From Eledone cirrhosa (Eukaryota), in contig OZ024741.1 in the NCBI GenBank assembly GCA_964016885.1, forward strand, positions 9,424,001-9,488,000: a DNA stretch of 64,000 nucleotides, written 5' to 3'. This document shows, one piece after another, positions 41,311 through 54,230 of this stretch (its first letter is position 1; each line of letters opens with the position of its first letter). Under the pieces are notes generated by a model. That model searched no databases and was not told the DNA's origin. It was given only the letters and a program-made list of their open reading frames with translations. The position numbers were made by a program, and so were the translations under genes.

Positions 41311-44300
41311 AAAGGTACCACAGTGATCTAATTAAAGGTTCCACAGTGTTGAAACTAAGGGTACCACAGTGTTGAAACTAAAGGTACCACAATATTGTAA
41401 CTAAAGGTACCACAGTGTTGAAACTAAAGGTACCGCAGTGTTGTAACTAAATGTGCCACAGTGCTGAAACTAAAGGTAGCACAGTGTTGAAATTTAAGGT
41501 ACCACTGTGTTGAAACTAAATGTGCCACATTGTTGAAACTAAAGATATCAGAGTGTTGAAACTAAAGGTACCACAGTGTTGTTACTAGAGGAACCAAAGT
41601 GTTGAAACTAAAGATACCACAATGTTGTAACTAAATGAACCACAGCCTTGAAACTAAAGGTATCAGAATGTTGAAACTAAAGGTACCACAGTGTTGAAAC
41701 TAAAGGTACCACAATGTTGAAACTAATGGAACCATAGTGATGTAACTAAAGGTACCATAGAGTTGAAACTAAAGGGACCACAGTGTTGAAACTAAAGGCA
41801 CCACATTGTTGAAACTAAAGGTATAACAGTTTTTAAACTAAAGATACCACAGTGATGTAACTCAATGTACCAGAGTGTTGAAACTAAAGGTACCACAGTG
41901 TTGAAACTAAAGGTACCACATTGTTGAAACTAAAGGTATCAGAATGTTGTAAATAAAGGTACCACAGTGTTGAAACTAAAGGTACCACAGTGTTGAAACT
42001 AAAGTTATCAGAATGTTGTAACTAAAGGTAGCACAGTGTTGAAACTAAAGGTACCACAGTGTTGAAACTAAAGGTACCACAGTTTTGAAACTAAAGGTAT
42101 CAGAATGTTGTAACTAAAGGTACCACAGTGTTGAAGCTAAAAGTATCAGAATGTTGTAACTAAAGGTACCACAGTGTTGAAACTAAAAGTACCACAGTGT
42201 TGAAAATAAAGGTACCACAGTTTTGAAACTAAAGGTACTACAGTGTTGAAACTAAAGGTACCACAGTGTTGAAACTAATGGTAATAGAGTGTTGAAACTA
42301 AAGGTAACACAGTGTTGTAACTAAAGGTACCACAATGTTGAAACTAAAGATACCACATTGTTGAAACTAAAGGTACCAAAGTGTTTAAACTAAAGGTACC
42401 GCAGTGTTGTAACTAGAGGTACCACAGTATTGAAACTAAAGGTAGCACAGTGTTGAACTAAAGGTATCAGAATGTTGTAACTAAAGGTACCACAGTGTTG
42501 AAACAAAAGGTACCACAGTGTTGAAACTAAGGGTATCAGAATGTTGTAACTAAAAGTACCACAGTGTTGAAACTAAAGGTACCACAGTGTTGAAAATAAA
42601 GGTAGCACAGTGTTGAAACTAAAGGTATCATAATGTTGTAAGTAAAGGTACCACAGTGTTGAAACTAAAGGTACAAGAGTGTTAAAACTAAAGGTACCAA
42701 AGTGTTGAAACTAAAGTTATCAGAATGGTGTAACTAAAGGTACCACAGTGTTGAAACTAAAGGTACCACAGTGTTGAAACTAAAGGTATCAGAATGTTGT
42801 AACTAAAGGTACCACAGTGTTGAAACTAAAGGTACCACAGTGTTGAAACTAATGGTAACAGAGTGTTGAAACTAAAGGTACCACAGTGTTGAAACTAAAG
42901 GTAACACAGTGTTGTAACTAAATGTACCACAATGTTGAAACTAAAGATACCACATTGTTGAAACTAAAGGTACCAAAGTGTTGAAACTAAAGGTACCGCA
43001 TTGTTGTAACTAGAGGTACCACAGTATTGAAACTAAAGGTACCACAATGTTGTAACTAAATGTACCACAGTGTTGAAACTAAAGGTATCAGAATGTTGAA
43101 ACTAAAGGTACCACAGTGTTGAAACTAAAGGTACCACAATGGTGTAACTAAAGGTACGACAGTGTTGAAACTAAATGTACCACAGTGTTGTAACTAAAGG
43201 TACCACAGTGTTGAAACTAAAGGTACCACAGTGTTCTAACTAGAGGAACCACATTGTTGAAACTAAAGATACTACAATGTTGTAACTAAATGTACCACAG
43301 TGTTGAAACTAAAGGTATCACAGTGTTGTAACTAAAGGTACGACAGTGATCTAACTAAAGGTTCCACAGTGTTGAAACTAACGGTACCACAGTGTTGAAA
43401 CTAAAGATACCACAGTGTTGAAACTAAACGTACCACAGTATTGAAATTAAAGGTACCGCAGTTTTGTAACTAGAGGTACCACAATATTGAAACTAAAGAT
43501 ACCACAATGTTGTAACTAAATGTACCACAGTGTTGAAGCTAAAGATATCAGAATGTTGAAACTAAAGGTACCACAGTGTTGAAATTAAGGTACCACAGTG
43601 TTGTAACTAAATGTGCCACAGTGCTGAAACTAAAGGTAGCACAGTGTTGAAATTTAAGGTACCACAGTGTTGAAACTAAATGTGCCACAGTGTTGAAACT
43701 AAAGATATCAGAGTGTTGAAACTAAAGGTATAACAGTTGTCAAACTAAAGGTACCACAGTGTTGAAACTAAATGTACCAGAGCGTTGAAACTAAAGATAC
43801 CACAGTGTTGTTACTAGAGGAACCAAAGTGTTGAAACTGAAGATACCACAATGTTGTAACTAAATGAACCACAGCCTTGAAACTAAAGGTATCAGAATGT
43901 TGAAACTAAAGGTACCACAGTGTTGAAACTAAAGGTACCACAATGTTGAAACTAAAGGAACCATAGTGATGTAACTAAAGGTACCATAGAGTTGAAACTA
44001 AAGGTACCACAGTGTTGAAACTAAAGGTACCACATTGTTGAAACTAAAGGTATAACAGTTTTTAAACTAAAGATACCACAGTGATGTAACTCAATGTACC
44101 AGAGTGTTGAAACTAAAGGTACCACAGTGTTGAAACTAAAGGTATCAGAATGTTGTAACTAAAGGTACCACAGTGTTGAAACTAAAAGTACCACAGTGTT
44201 GAAACTAAAGGTATCAGAATGTTGAAACTAAATGTGCCACAGTATTGTAACTAGAGGAACCACAGTGTTGAAACTAAAGATACTACAATGTTGTAACTAA

Positions 44301-47300
44301 ATGTACCACAGTGTTGAAACTAAAGGTATCACAGTGTTGTAACTAAAGGTACCACAGTGATCTAATTAAAGGTTCCACAGTGTTGAAACTAAGGGTACCA
44401 CAGTGTTGAAACTAAAGGTACCACAGTGTTGAAACTAAACATAACACAGTGTTGAAATTAAAGGTACCGCAGTGTTGTAACTAGAGGTACCACAGTATTG
44501 AAACTAAAGGTACCACATTGTTGAAACTAAAGGTATAACAGTTTTTAAACTAAAGATACCACAGTGATGTAACTCAATGTACCAGAGTGTTGTAACTAAA
44601 TGTACCACAGTGTTGAAACTAAAGGTATCAGAATGTTGAAACTAAAGGTACCACAGTGTTGAAACTAAAGGTACCACAATGTTGTAACTAAATGTACCAC
44701 AGTTTTGAAACTAAAGGTATCAGAATGTTGAAGCTAAGGGTACCACAGTGTTGGTTGAAAATAAAGGTACCACAATCTTGTAACTAAAGGTACCACAGTG
44801 TTGAAACTAAAGGTACCACAGTGTTGTAACTAAATGTGCCACAGTGCTGAAACTAAAGGTAGCACAGTGTTGAAATTTAAGGTACCACAGTGTTGAAACT
44901 AAATGTGCCACAGTGTTGAAACTAAAGATATCAGAGTGTTGAAACTAAAGGTATAACAGTTTTCAAACTAAAGGTACCACAGTGTTGAAACTAAAGGTAC
45001 CACAGTGTTGAAACTAAAGGTACCACAGTGATGTAACTAGATATACCAGAGCGTTGAAACTAAAGGGACCACAGTGTTGTTACTAGAGGAACCAAAGTTT
45101 TGAAACTAAAGATACCACAATGTTGTAACTAAATGAACCACAGCCTTGAAACTAAAGGTATCAGAATGTTGAAACTAAAGGTACCACAGTGTTGAAACTA
45201 AAGGAACCATAGTGATGTAACTAAAGGTACCATAGAGTTGAAACTAAAGGTATCACAGTGTTGAAACTAAAGGTACCACATTGTTGAAACTAAAGGTATA
45301 ACAGTTTTTAAACTAAAGATACCACAGTGATGTAACTCAATGTACCAGAGTGTTGAAACTAAAGATACCAACTTGTTGAAACTAAAGGTACCAAAGTGTT
45401 TAAACTAAAGGTACCGCAGTGTTGTAACTAGAGGTACCACAGTATTGAAACTAAAGGTAGCAGAGTGTTGAAACTAAAGGTATCAGAATGTTGTAACTAA
45501 AGGTACCACAGTGTTGAAACAAAAGGTACCAGAGTGTTGAAACTAAGGGTATCAGAATGTTGTAACTAAAGGTACCACAGTGTTGAGACTAAAGGTACCA
45601 CAGTGTTGAAAATAAAGGTACCACAGCGTTGAAACTAAAGGTACCAGAGTGTTGAAACTAAAGGTACCAAAGTGTTGAAACTAAAGTTATCAGAATGGTG
45701 TAACTAAAGGTACCACAGTGTTGAAACTAAAGGTACCACAGTGTTGAAACTAAAGGTATCAGAATGTTGTAACTAAAGGTACCACAGTGTTGAAACTAAA
45801 GGGACCACAGTGTTGAAGGTAGAGGTAGCACAGTGTTGAAACTAAAGGTACCACAGTGTTGAAACTAATGGTAACAGAGTGTTGAAACTAAAGGTACCAC
45901 AGTGTTGAAACTAAAGGTACCACAATGGTGTAACTAAAGGTACGACAGTGTTGAAACTAAATGTACCACAGTGTTGTAACTAAAGGTACCACAGTGCTGA
46001 AACTAAAGGTACCACAGTGTTGTAACTAGAGGTTCCACAGTGTTGAAACTAAAGATACCACAATGTTGTAACTAAATGTACCACAGTGTTGAAACTAAAG
46101 GTATCACAGTGTTGAATCTAAAGGTACCACAGTGATCTAACTAAAGGTTCCACAGTGTTGAAACTAAGGTTACCACAGTGTTGAAACTAAAGGTACCACA
46201 GTGTTGAAACTAAAGGTACCACAGTGCTGTAACTAAATGTACCACAATGTTGAAACTAAAGATACCACAATGTTGTAACAAAAGGTACCACTGTGTTGAA
46301 ACTAAAGGTATCAGAATGTTGAAACTAAAGGTGCCACAGTGTTGTAACTAGAGGAACCACATTGTTGAAACTAAAGATACTACAATGTTGTAACTAAATG
46401 TACCACAGTGTTGAAACTAAATGTATCACAGTGTTGTAACTAAAGGTACCACAGTGATCTAACTAAAGGTTCCAGAGTGTTGAAACTAAGGGTACCACAA
46501 TATTGAAACTAAAGATACCACAATGTTGTAACTAAATGTACCACAGTGTTGAAGCTAAAGGTATCAGAATGTTGAAATTAAAGGTACCACAGTGTTGAAA
46601 CTAAAGGTACCACAGTGTTGTAACTAAATGTGCCACAGTGCTGAAACTAAAGGTAGCACAGTGTTGAAATTTAAGGTACCACAGTGTTGAAACTAAATGT
46701 GCCACAGTGTTGAAACTAAAGATATCAGAATGTTGAAACTAAAGGTACCTCAGTGTTGAAACTAAAGGTACCACAATGTTGAAACTAAAGTAACCATAGT
46801 GATGTAACTAAAGGTACCATAGAGTTGAAACTAAAGGTACCACAGTGTTGAAACTAAAGGCACCACATTGTTGAAACTAAAGGTATAACAGTTTTTAAAC
46901 TAAAGAAACCACAGTGATGTAACTCAATGTACCAGAGTGTTGAAACTAAAGGTACCACAGTGTTGAAACTAAAGGTACCACATTGTTGAAACTAAAAGTA
47001 TCAGAATGTTGTAACTAAAGGTACCACAGTGTTGAAACTAAAGGTACCACAGTGTTGAAACTAAAGGTACCAAGTTGTTGAAACTAAAGGTATCAGAATG
47101 TTGTAATTAAAGGTACCACAGTGTTGAAACTAAAGGTACCACAGTGTTGAAACTAAAGGTATCAGAATGTTGTAACTAAAGGTACCACAGTGTTGAAACT
47201 AAAAGTATCAGAATGTTGTAACTAAAGGTACCACAGTGTTGAAACTAAAGGTACCACAGTGTTGAAAATAAAGGTAGCACAGTGTTGAAACTAAAGGTAT

Positions 47301-47614
47301 CAGAATGTTGTAACTAAAGGTACCACAGTGTTGAAACTAAAGGTACCAGGGTGTTGAAACTAAAGGTATCAGAATGTTGTAACTAAAGGTAGCACAGTGT
47401 TGAAACTAAAGGGACCACAGTGTTGAAAATAGAGGTAGCACAGTGTTGAAACTAAAGGTACCACAGTGTTGAAACTAAAGCTATCAGAGTGTTGAAACTA
47501 AAGGTACCACAGTGATGTAACTAAATGTACCAGAGTGTTGAAACTAAAGGTACCACAGTGTTGAAATTAAAGTTACCACAGTGTTGAAACTAAAGGTACC
47601 GCAGTGCTGTAACT

Positions 47615-47890
47615 AGAGGTAACACAATGTTGAAACTAAAGATTCCACATTGTTGAAACTAAAGGTACCAAAGTGTTGAAACTAAAGGTACCGCAGTGCT
47701 GTAACTAGAGGTATCACAGTATTGAAACTAAAGGTACCACAATGTTGTAACTAAAGGTAACACAATGTTGAAACTAAAGATTCCACATTGTTGAAACTAA
47801 AGGTACCAAAGTGTTGAAACTAAAGGTACCGCAGTGCTGTAACTAGAGGTATCACAGTATTGACACTAAAGGTACCACAATGTTGTAACT
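47615..47890. repeat. 138-bp (6-monomer) tandem duplication
   Basis: GATTCCACATT at 47641 and 47779. Confidence 0.85.
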
Positions 47891-48429
47891 AAATGTACCA
47901 CAGTGTTGAAACTAAAGGTATCAGAATGTTGAAACTAAAGGTACCACAGGGTTGAAATTAAAGGTATCACAATGGTGTAACTAAAGGTACGACTGTGTTG
48001 ACACTAAATGTACCACATTGTTGTAACTAAAGGTACCACAGTGTTGAAATTAAAGGTCCCACAGTGTTGAAACTGAATGTACCACAGTGTTGAAACTAAA
48101 GGTACCACAGTGTTTAAACTAAAGGTATCAGAGTGTTGAAACTAAAGGTACCACAGTGATGTAACTAAAGGTACGACAGTGTTGAAACTAAAGCTATTAC
48201 AGTGTTGAATCTAAAGGTACCACAGTGTTGAAACTAAAGGTACCACAGTGTTGAAACTAAAGGTACCACAGTCTTGAAACTAAAGGTATCAGAAGGTTGT
48301 AATTAAAGGTACCACAGTGTTGTAACTAAAGGTACCACAGTGATGTAACTAAATGTAACACAGTGTTGAATCTAAAGGTAACACAGTGTTGAAACTAATG
48401 ATACCACAGTGTTGAAACTAAAGGTACCA

Positions 48430-51400
48430 CAGTGTTGAAACTAAAGGTATCACGGTGTTGAAACTAAAGGTACCACAGAGGTGAAACTAAAGGTACCACA
48501 GTGTTGAAACTGAAGGTACCACGGTGTTGAAACAAAAGGTATCAGAGTGTTGAAACTAAAGATACCACAGTGTTGAAACTAGAAGTACCACAGTGTTGTA
48601 AGTAAAGGTACCACAGTATTGTAACTAAAGTTTCCACTGTGTTGAAACTAAAGGTATCAGAGTGTATAAACTAAAAGTACCACAGAGTTGAATCTAAAGG
48701 TATCACAGTGTTGAAACTAAAGCTACCACAGTTTTGAAACTAAAAGTATCACAGTGTTGAAATTAAAGTACCACAGTGCTGAAACTAAATGTACCACAGT
48801 GTTGAAAGTAAAGGTACCACAGTGTTGTAACTAAAGGTACCACAGTGTTGAAACTAAAGGTACAACAGTGTTGAAACTAAAGGTACTACTGTTTTGAAAG
48901 TAAATGTTCCACAGTGTCGAACCTAAAAGTACCACAGTGTTGAAACTAAAGGTACCACAGTTTTGAAACTAAAGGTACTACACCGTTGAAACTAAAGGTA
49001 TCAGTGTGTTGAAAATTAAGGTACCACAATGTAGAAAATTAAGGTACCACAGTGTTGAAACTAAAGGTATCAGAGTGTTGAAGCTAAAGGTATCAGAGTG
49101 TTGAAACTAAAGGTACCACAGTGTTGAAACGAAATGTACCACAGTATTGAAACTAAAGGTATCAGATTGTTGAAACTAAAATACCACAGTGTTGAAACCA
49201 ACGGTACCACAGTGTTGTAACTAAAGGTACCACAGTGTTGTAACTAAAGGTAATAGAGTGTTGAAACTAAAGGTACCAATGTGTTGAAACTAAAGGTACC
49301 ACAGTGTTGAAATTAAAGGTACCACATTGTTGAAACTAAAGGTAATAGAGTGTTGTAACTAAAGGTACCACAGTGTTGAAACTAAAGGTACCAGGGCGTT
49401 GAAACAAAATCTACCACAATGATGTAACTAAGTGTACCAGAGTCTTGAAACTAAGGGTACCACAGTGATGAAACTAAATGTACCAGAGTGTTGTAACTAA
49501 AGGCACAACAGTGTTGAAAATAAAGGTACCACAGTGTTGAAACTAAATGTATCACAGTGTTGAAACTAAAGGTACCACAGTGTTGAAACTAAAGGTACCA
49601 CAGTGTTGAAACTAAAGGTATAACAGTGTTGAAACTAAAGGTACCACAGTGATGTAACTGAAGGTACCACAATGTTGAAACTAAAGGTACCATGTTGTTG
49701 TAACTAAAGATACCACAGTGTTGTAATTAAAGGTACCGCAGTGTTGAAACTAAAGGTACCACAGTGTCGAAACTAAAGGTACGACATTGTTGAAACTAAA
49801 GGTACCACAGTGTTGAAACTAAAGATATCACAGTGTTGAAACTAAAGGTACCACAGTGATGTAACTAAAGGTACCACAACGTTGTAACTAAATGTACCAG
49901 AGTGTTAAACTAAATGTATCATAGTGTTGAAACTAAAGGTACCTCAGTGTTGAAACTAAAGGTACCACAGTGTTGAAACTAAAGTTATCACAGTGTTTAA
50001 ATTAACTACCACAGTGTTGAAAAACTAAAGCTACCACAGTGTTGAAACTAAAGTACCACAGTGTTGAAACTAAAGGTATCACGGTGTTGAAACTAAAGGT
50101 ACCACAGAGGTGAAACTAAAGGTACCACAGTGTTGAAACTGAAGGTACCACGGTGTTGAAACAAAAGGTATCAGAGTGTTGAAACTAAAGATACCACAGT
50201 GTTGAAACTAGAAGTACCACAGTGTTGTAAGTAAAGGTACCACAGTATTGTAACTAAAGTTTCCACTGTGTTGAAACTAAAGGTATCAGAGTGTATAAAC
50301 TAAAAGTACCACAGAGTTGAATCTAAATGTATCACAGTGTTGAAACTAAAGCTACCACAGTTTTGAAACTAAAAGTATCACAGTGTTGAAATTAAAGTAC
50401 CACAGTGCTGAAACTAAATGTACCACAGTGTTGAAAGTAAAGGTACCACAGTGTTGTAACTAAAGGTACCACAGTGTTGAAACTAAAGGTACAACAGTGT
50501 TGAAACTAAAGGTACTACAGTTTTGAAAGTAAATGTTCCACAGTGTCGAACCTAAAGGTACCACAGTGTTGAAACTAAAGTTACCACAGTTTTGAAACTA
50601 AAGGTACTACACCGTTGAAACTAAAGGTATCAGTGTGTTGAAAATTAAGGTACCACAATGTAGAAAATTAAGGTACCACATTGTTGAGACTAAAGGTATC
50701 AGAGTGTTGAAGCTAAAGGTATCAGAGTCATGAAACTAAAGGTACCACAGTGTTGAAACGAAAGGTACCACAGTATTGAAACTAAAGGTATCAGAGTGTT
50801 GAAACTAAAGGTACCACAGTGATGTATCTAAATGTACCAGAGTGTTGAAATTAAAGGTATCAGATTGTTGAAACTAAAGGTATCAGATTGTTGAAACTAA
50901 AATACCACAGTGTTGAAACCAACGGTACCACAGTGTTGTAACTAAAGGTACCACAGTGTTGTAACTAAAGGTAATAGAGTGTTGAAACTAAAGGTTCCAC
51001 AGTGTTGAAACTAAAGGTACCAATGTGTTGAAACTAAAGGTACCACAGTGTTGAAATTAAAGGTACCACAGTGTTGAAACTAAAGGTAATAGAGTGTTGT
51101 AACTAAAGGTACCACAGTGTTGAAACTAAAGGTACCAGGGCGTTGAAACAAAATCTACCACAATGATGTAACTAAGTGTACCAGAGTCTTGAAACTAAGG
51201 GTACCACAGTGATGAAACTAAATGTACCAGAGTGTTGTAACTAAAGGCACAACAGTGTTGAAAATAAAGGTACCACAGTGTTGAAACTAAATGTATCACA
51301 GTGTTGAAACTAAAGGTACCACAGTGTTGAAACTGAAGGTACCACAGTGTTGAAACTAAAGGTATAACAGTGTTGAAACTAAAGGTACCACAGTGATGTA

Positions 51401-51810
51401 ACTGAAGGTACCACAGTGTTGAAACTAAAGGTACCATGTTGTTGTAACTAAAGATACCACAGTGTTGTAATTAAAGGTACCGCAGTGTTGAAACTAAAGG
51501 TACCACAGTGTCGAAACTAAAGGTACGACATTGTTGAAACTAAAGGTACCACAGTGTTGAAACTAAAGATATCACAGTGTTGAAACTAAAGGTACCACAG
51601 TGATGTAACTAAAGGTACCACAACGTTGTAACTAAATGTACCAGAGTGTTAAACTAAATGTATCATAGTGTTGAAACTAAAGGTACCTCAGTGTTGAAAC
51701 TAAAGGTACCACAGTGTTGAAACTAAAGTTATCACAGTGTTTAAATTAACTACCACAGTGTTGAAAAACTAAAGCTACCACAGTGTTGAAACTAAAGTAC
51801 CACAGTGTTG
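48430..51810. repeat. ~1.63-1.74 kb tandem duplication of strongly diverged monomers
   Basis: ACCACAGAGG at 48472/50101 (1629 bp); ATTAACTACC at 50001/51745 (1744 bp). The second copy has 5 more monomers. Confidence 0.88.
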
Positions 51811-53120
51811 AAACTAAAGGTATCACAGTTTTGAAACTAAAGTACCACAGTGTTGAAACTAATGTACCAGAGTGTTGAAACTAAAGGTACCACAGTGTTG
51901 AAACTAAAGGTATCAGAGTGTTGAAACTAAAGGTACCACAGTGTTGAAACTAAAGGTACCACAGTGTTGAAACTAAAGGTACCACGGTGGTGAACCTAAA
52001 GGTTCCACAGTAATGTAACTGAAGGTACCACAGTGTTCAATCTAAAGGTATCAGAGTGTTGAAACTAAAGGTACCAGAGTGATGTAACTAAATGTACAAC
52101 AGTGTTGAAACTAAAGGTACCACAATGTTGTAACTAAAGGTACCACAGTGTTACACCTAAAGGAACCACAGTGCTGAAACTAAAGGTATCAGAATGTTGT
52201 AACTAAAGTTACAACAGTGTTGAAATTAAAGATGTCATAGTGTTGAAACTAAAGGTACCACAGTGTTGAAACTAAAGGTACCATGGTGTTGTAACTAAAG
52301 ATACCACAGTGTTGTAATTAAAGGTACCGCAGTGTTGAAACTAAAGGTACCACAGTGTCGAAACTAAAGGTACGACATTGTTGAAACTAAAGGTACCACA
52401 GTGTTGAAACTAAAGATATCACAGTGTTGAAACTAAAGGTACCACAGTGATGTAACTAAAGGTACCACAACGTTGTAACTTAATGTACCAGAGTGTTCAA
52501 ACTAAATGTATCATAGTGTTGAAACTAAAGGTACCTCAGTGTTGAAACTAAAGGTACCACAGTGTTGAAACTAAAGTTATCACAGTGTTTAAACTAAACT
52601 ACCACAGTGTTGAAAAACTAAAGCTACCACAGTGTTGAAACTAAAGTACCACAGTGTTGAAACTAAAGGTATCACAGTTTTGAAACTAAAGTACCACTGT
52701 GTTGAAACTAAAGTACCTGAGTGTTGAAACTAAAGGTACCACAGTGTTGAAACTAAAGGTATCAGAGTGTTGAAACTAAAGGTACCACAGTGTTGAAACT
52801 AAAGGTACCACAGTGTTGAAACTAAAGGTACCACGGTGGTGAACCTAAAGGTTCCACAGTGATGTAACTGAAGGTACCACAGTGTTGAAACTAAAGGTAT
52901 CAGAGTGTTGAAACTAAAGGTACCAGAGTGATGTAACTAAATGTACAACAGTGTTGAAACTAAAGGTACCACAATGTTGTAACTAAAGGTACCACAGTGT
53001 TACACCTAAAGGAACCACAGTGCTGAAACTAAAGGTATCAGAATGTTGTAACTAAAGTTACCACAGTGTTGAAATTAAAGATGTCATAGTGTTGAAACTA
53101 AAGGTACCACAGTGTTGAAA
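51420..53120. repeat. ~849-bp (37-monomer) tandem duplication
   Basis: GATGTCATAG at 52231 and 53080. TTACACCTAAAGGAACC and TTGAAAAACTAAAGCT are shared. Confidence 0.85.
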
Positions 53121-53489
53121 CTAAAGGTGCCACAGTATTGTAACTAAAGGTACCACAGTGTTGTAACTAAGTGTACAATAGTGTTGAAACTAATGGTACC
53201 ACAGTGTTGTAACTAAAGGTACGACAGTGTTCAAACTAATGGTACCACAATGTTGTAACTAAATGTACCACAGTTTTGAAACTAAAGGTACCACAGTCTT
53301 GAAACTAAAGGTACCACAGAGTTGAAACTAAAGGTATCAGTGTGTTGAAACTAAAGGTACCACGGTGGTGAAACTAAAGGTACCACAGTGATGTAACTAA
53401 AGGGACAACAGTGTTGTAACTAAAGGTACCATAGTGTTGTAACTAAAGGTACCACAGTGTTGTAACTAAAGATACCACAGTGTTGAAAC

Positions 53490-54230
53490 TAAAGGTACCA
53501 CAGTGTTGAAACTAATGATACAACAGTGTTGAATCTAAATGTATCACAGTGTTGAGACTAAAGATACCACAGTGTTGAAACTAAAGGTACCACAGTGTTG
53601 AAACTAAAGGTACCACGGTGTTGAAACTAAAGGTATCAGAGTGTTGAAACTAAAGGTACCACAGTGTTGAAACTAAAAGTACCACAGTGTTGTAACTAAA
53701 GGTACAACAGTGTTGAAACTAAAGCTATCAGAGTGTTGAAACTAAAGGTACCACAGTGATGTAACTAAATGTACCAGAGTGTTGAAACTAAAGGTACCAC
53801 AGTGTTGAAATTAAAGTTACCACAGTGTTGAAACTGAAGGTATCACAGTGTTGAAACTAAAGGTACCACAGTGTTGAAACTAATGATACAACAGTGTTGA
53901 ATCTAAATGTATCACAGTGTTGAGACTAAAGATACCACAGTGTTGAAACTAAAGGTACCACAGTGTTGAAACTAAAGGTACCACGGTGTTGAAACTAAAG
54001 GTATCAGAGTGTTGAAACTAAAGGTACCACAGTGTTGAAACTAAAAGTACCACAGTGTTGTAACTAAAGGTACAACAGTGTTGAAACTAAAGCTATCAGA
54101 GTGTTGAAACTAAAGGTACCACAGTGATGTAACTAAATGTACCAGAGTGTTGAAACTAAAGGTACCACAGTGTTGAAATTAAAGTTACCACAGTGTTGAA
54201 ACTAAAGGTATCACAGTGTTGAAACTAAAG
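53490..54230. repeat. 368-bp (16-monomer) tandem duplication
   Basis: TAATGATACAAC at 53513 and 53881. Confidence 0.85.

Larger units (their letters stand above)
1..47460. repeat. Satellite sub-domain A
   Basis: Frequent GGTATCAGAATGTTGTAACT monomers. Diagnostic variants GTTGGTTGAAAATAAA (+4), AAATGAACCACAGCC, GTTACTAGAGGAACCAAAG, GGTATAACAGTTTTTAAAC and GAAATTTAAGG were not seen right of ~47 kb. Confidence 0.85.

Noticed and set aside
51195-51437. 80-aa minus-strand ORF
   Set aside because: Same satellite translation with three consecutive stops mutated. The sister copy near 49450-49690 lacks one of those mutations, so the frame is not conserved.
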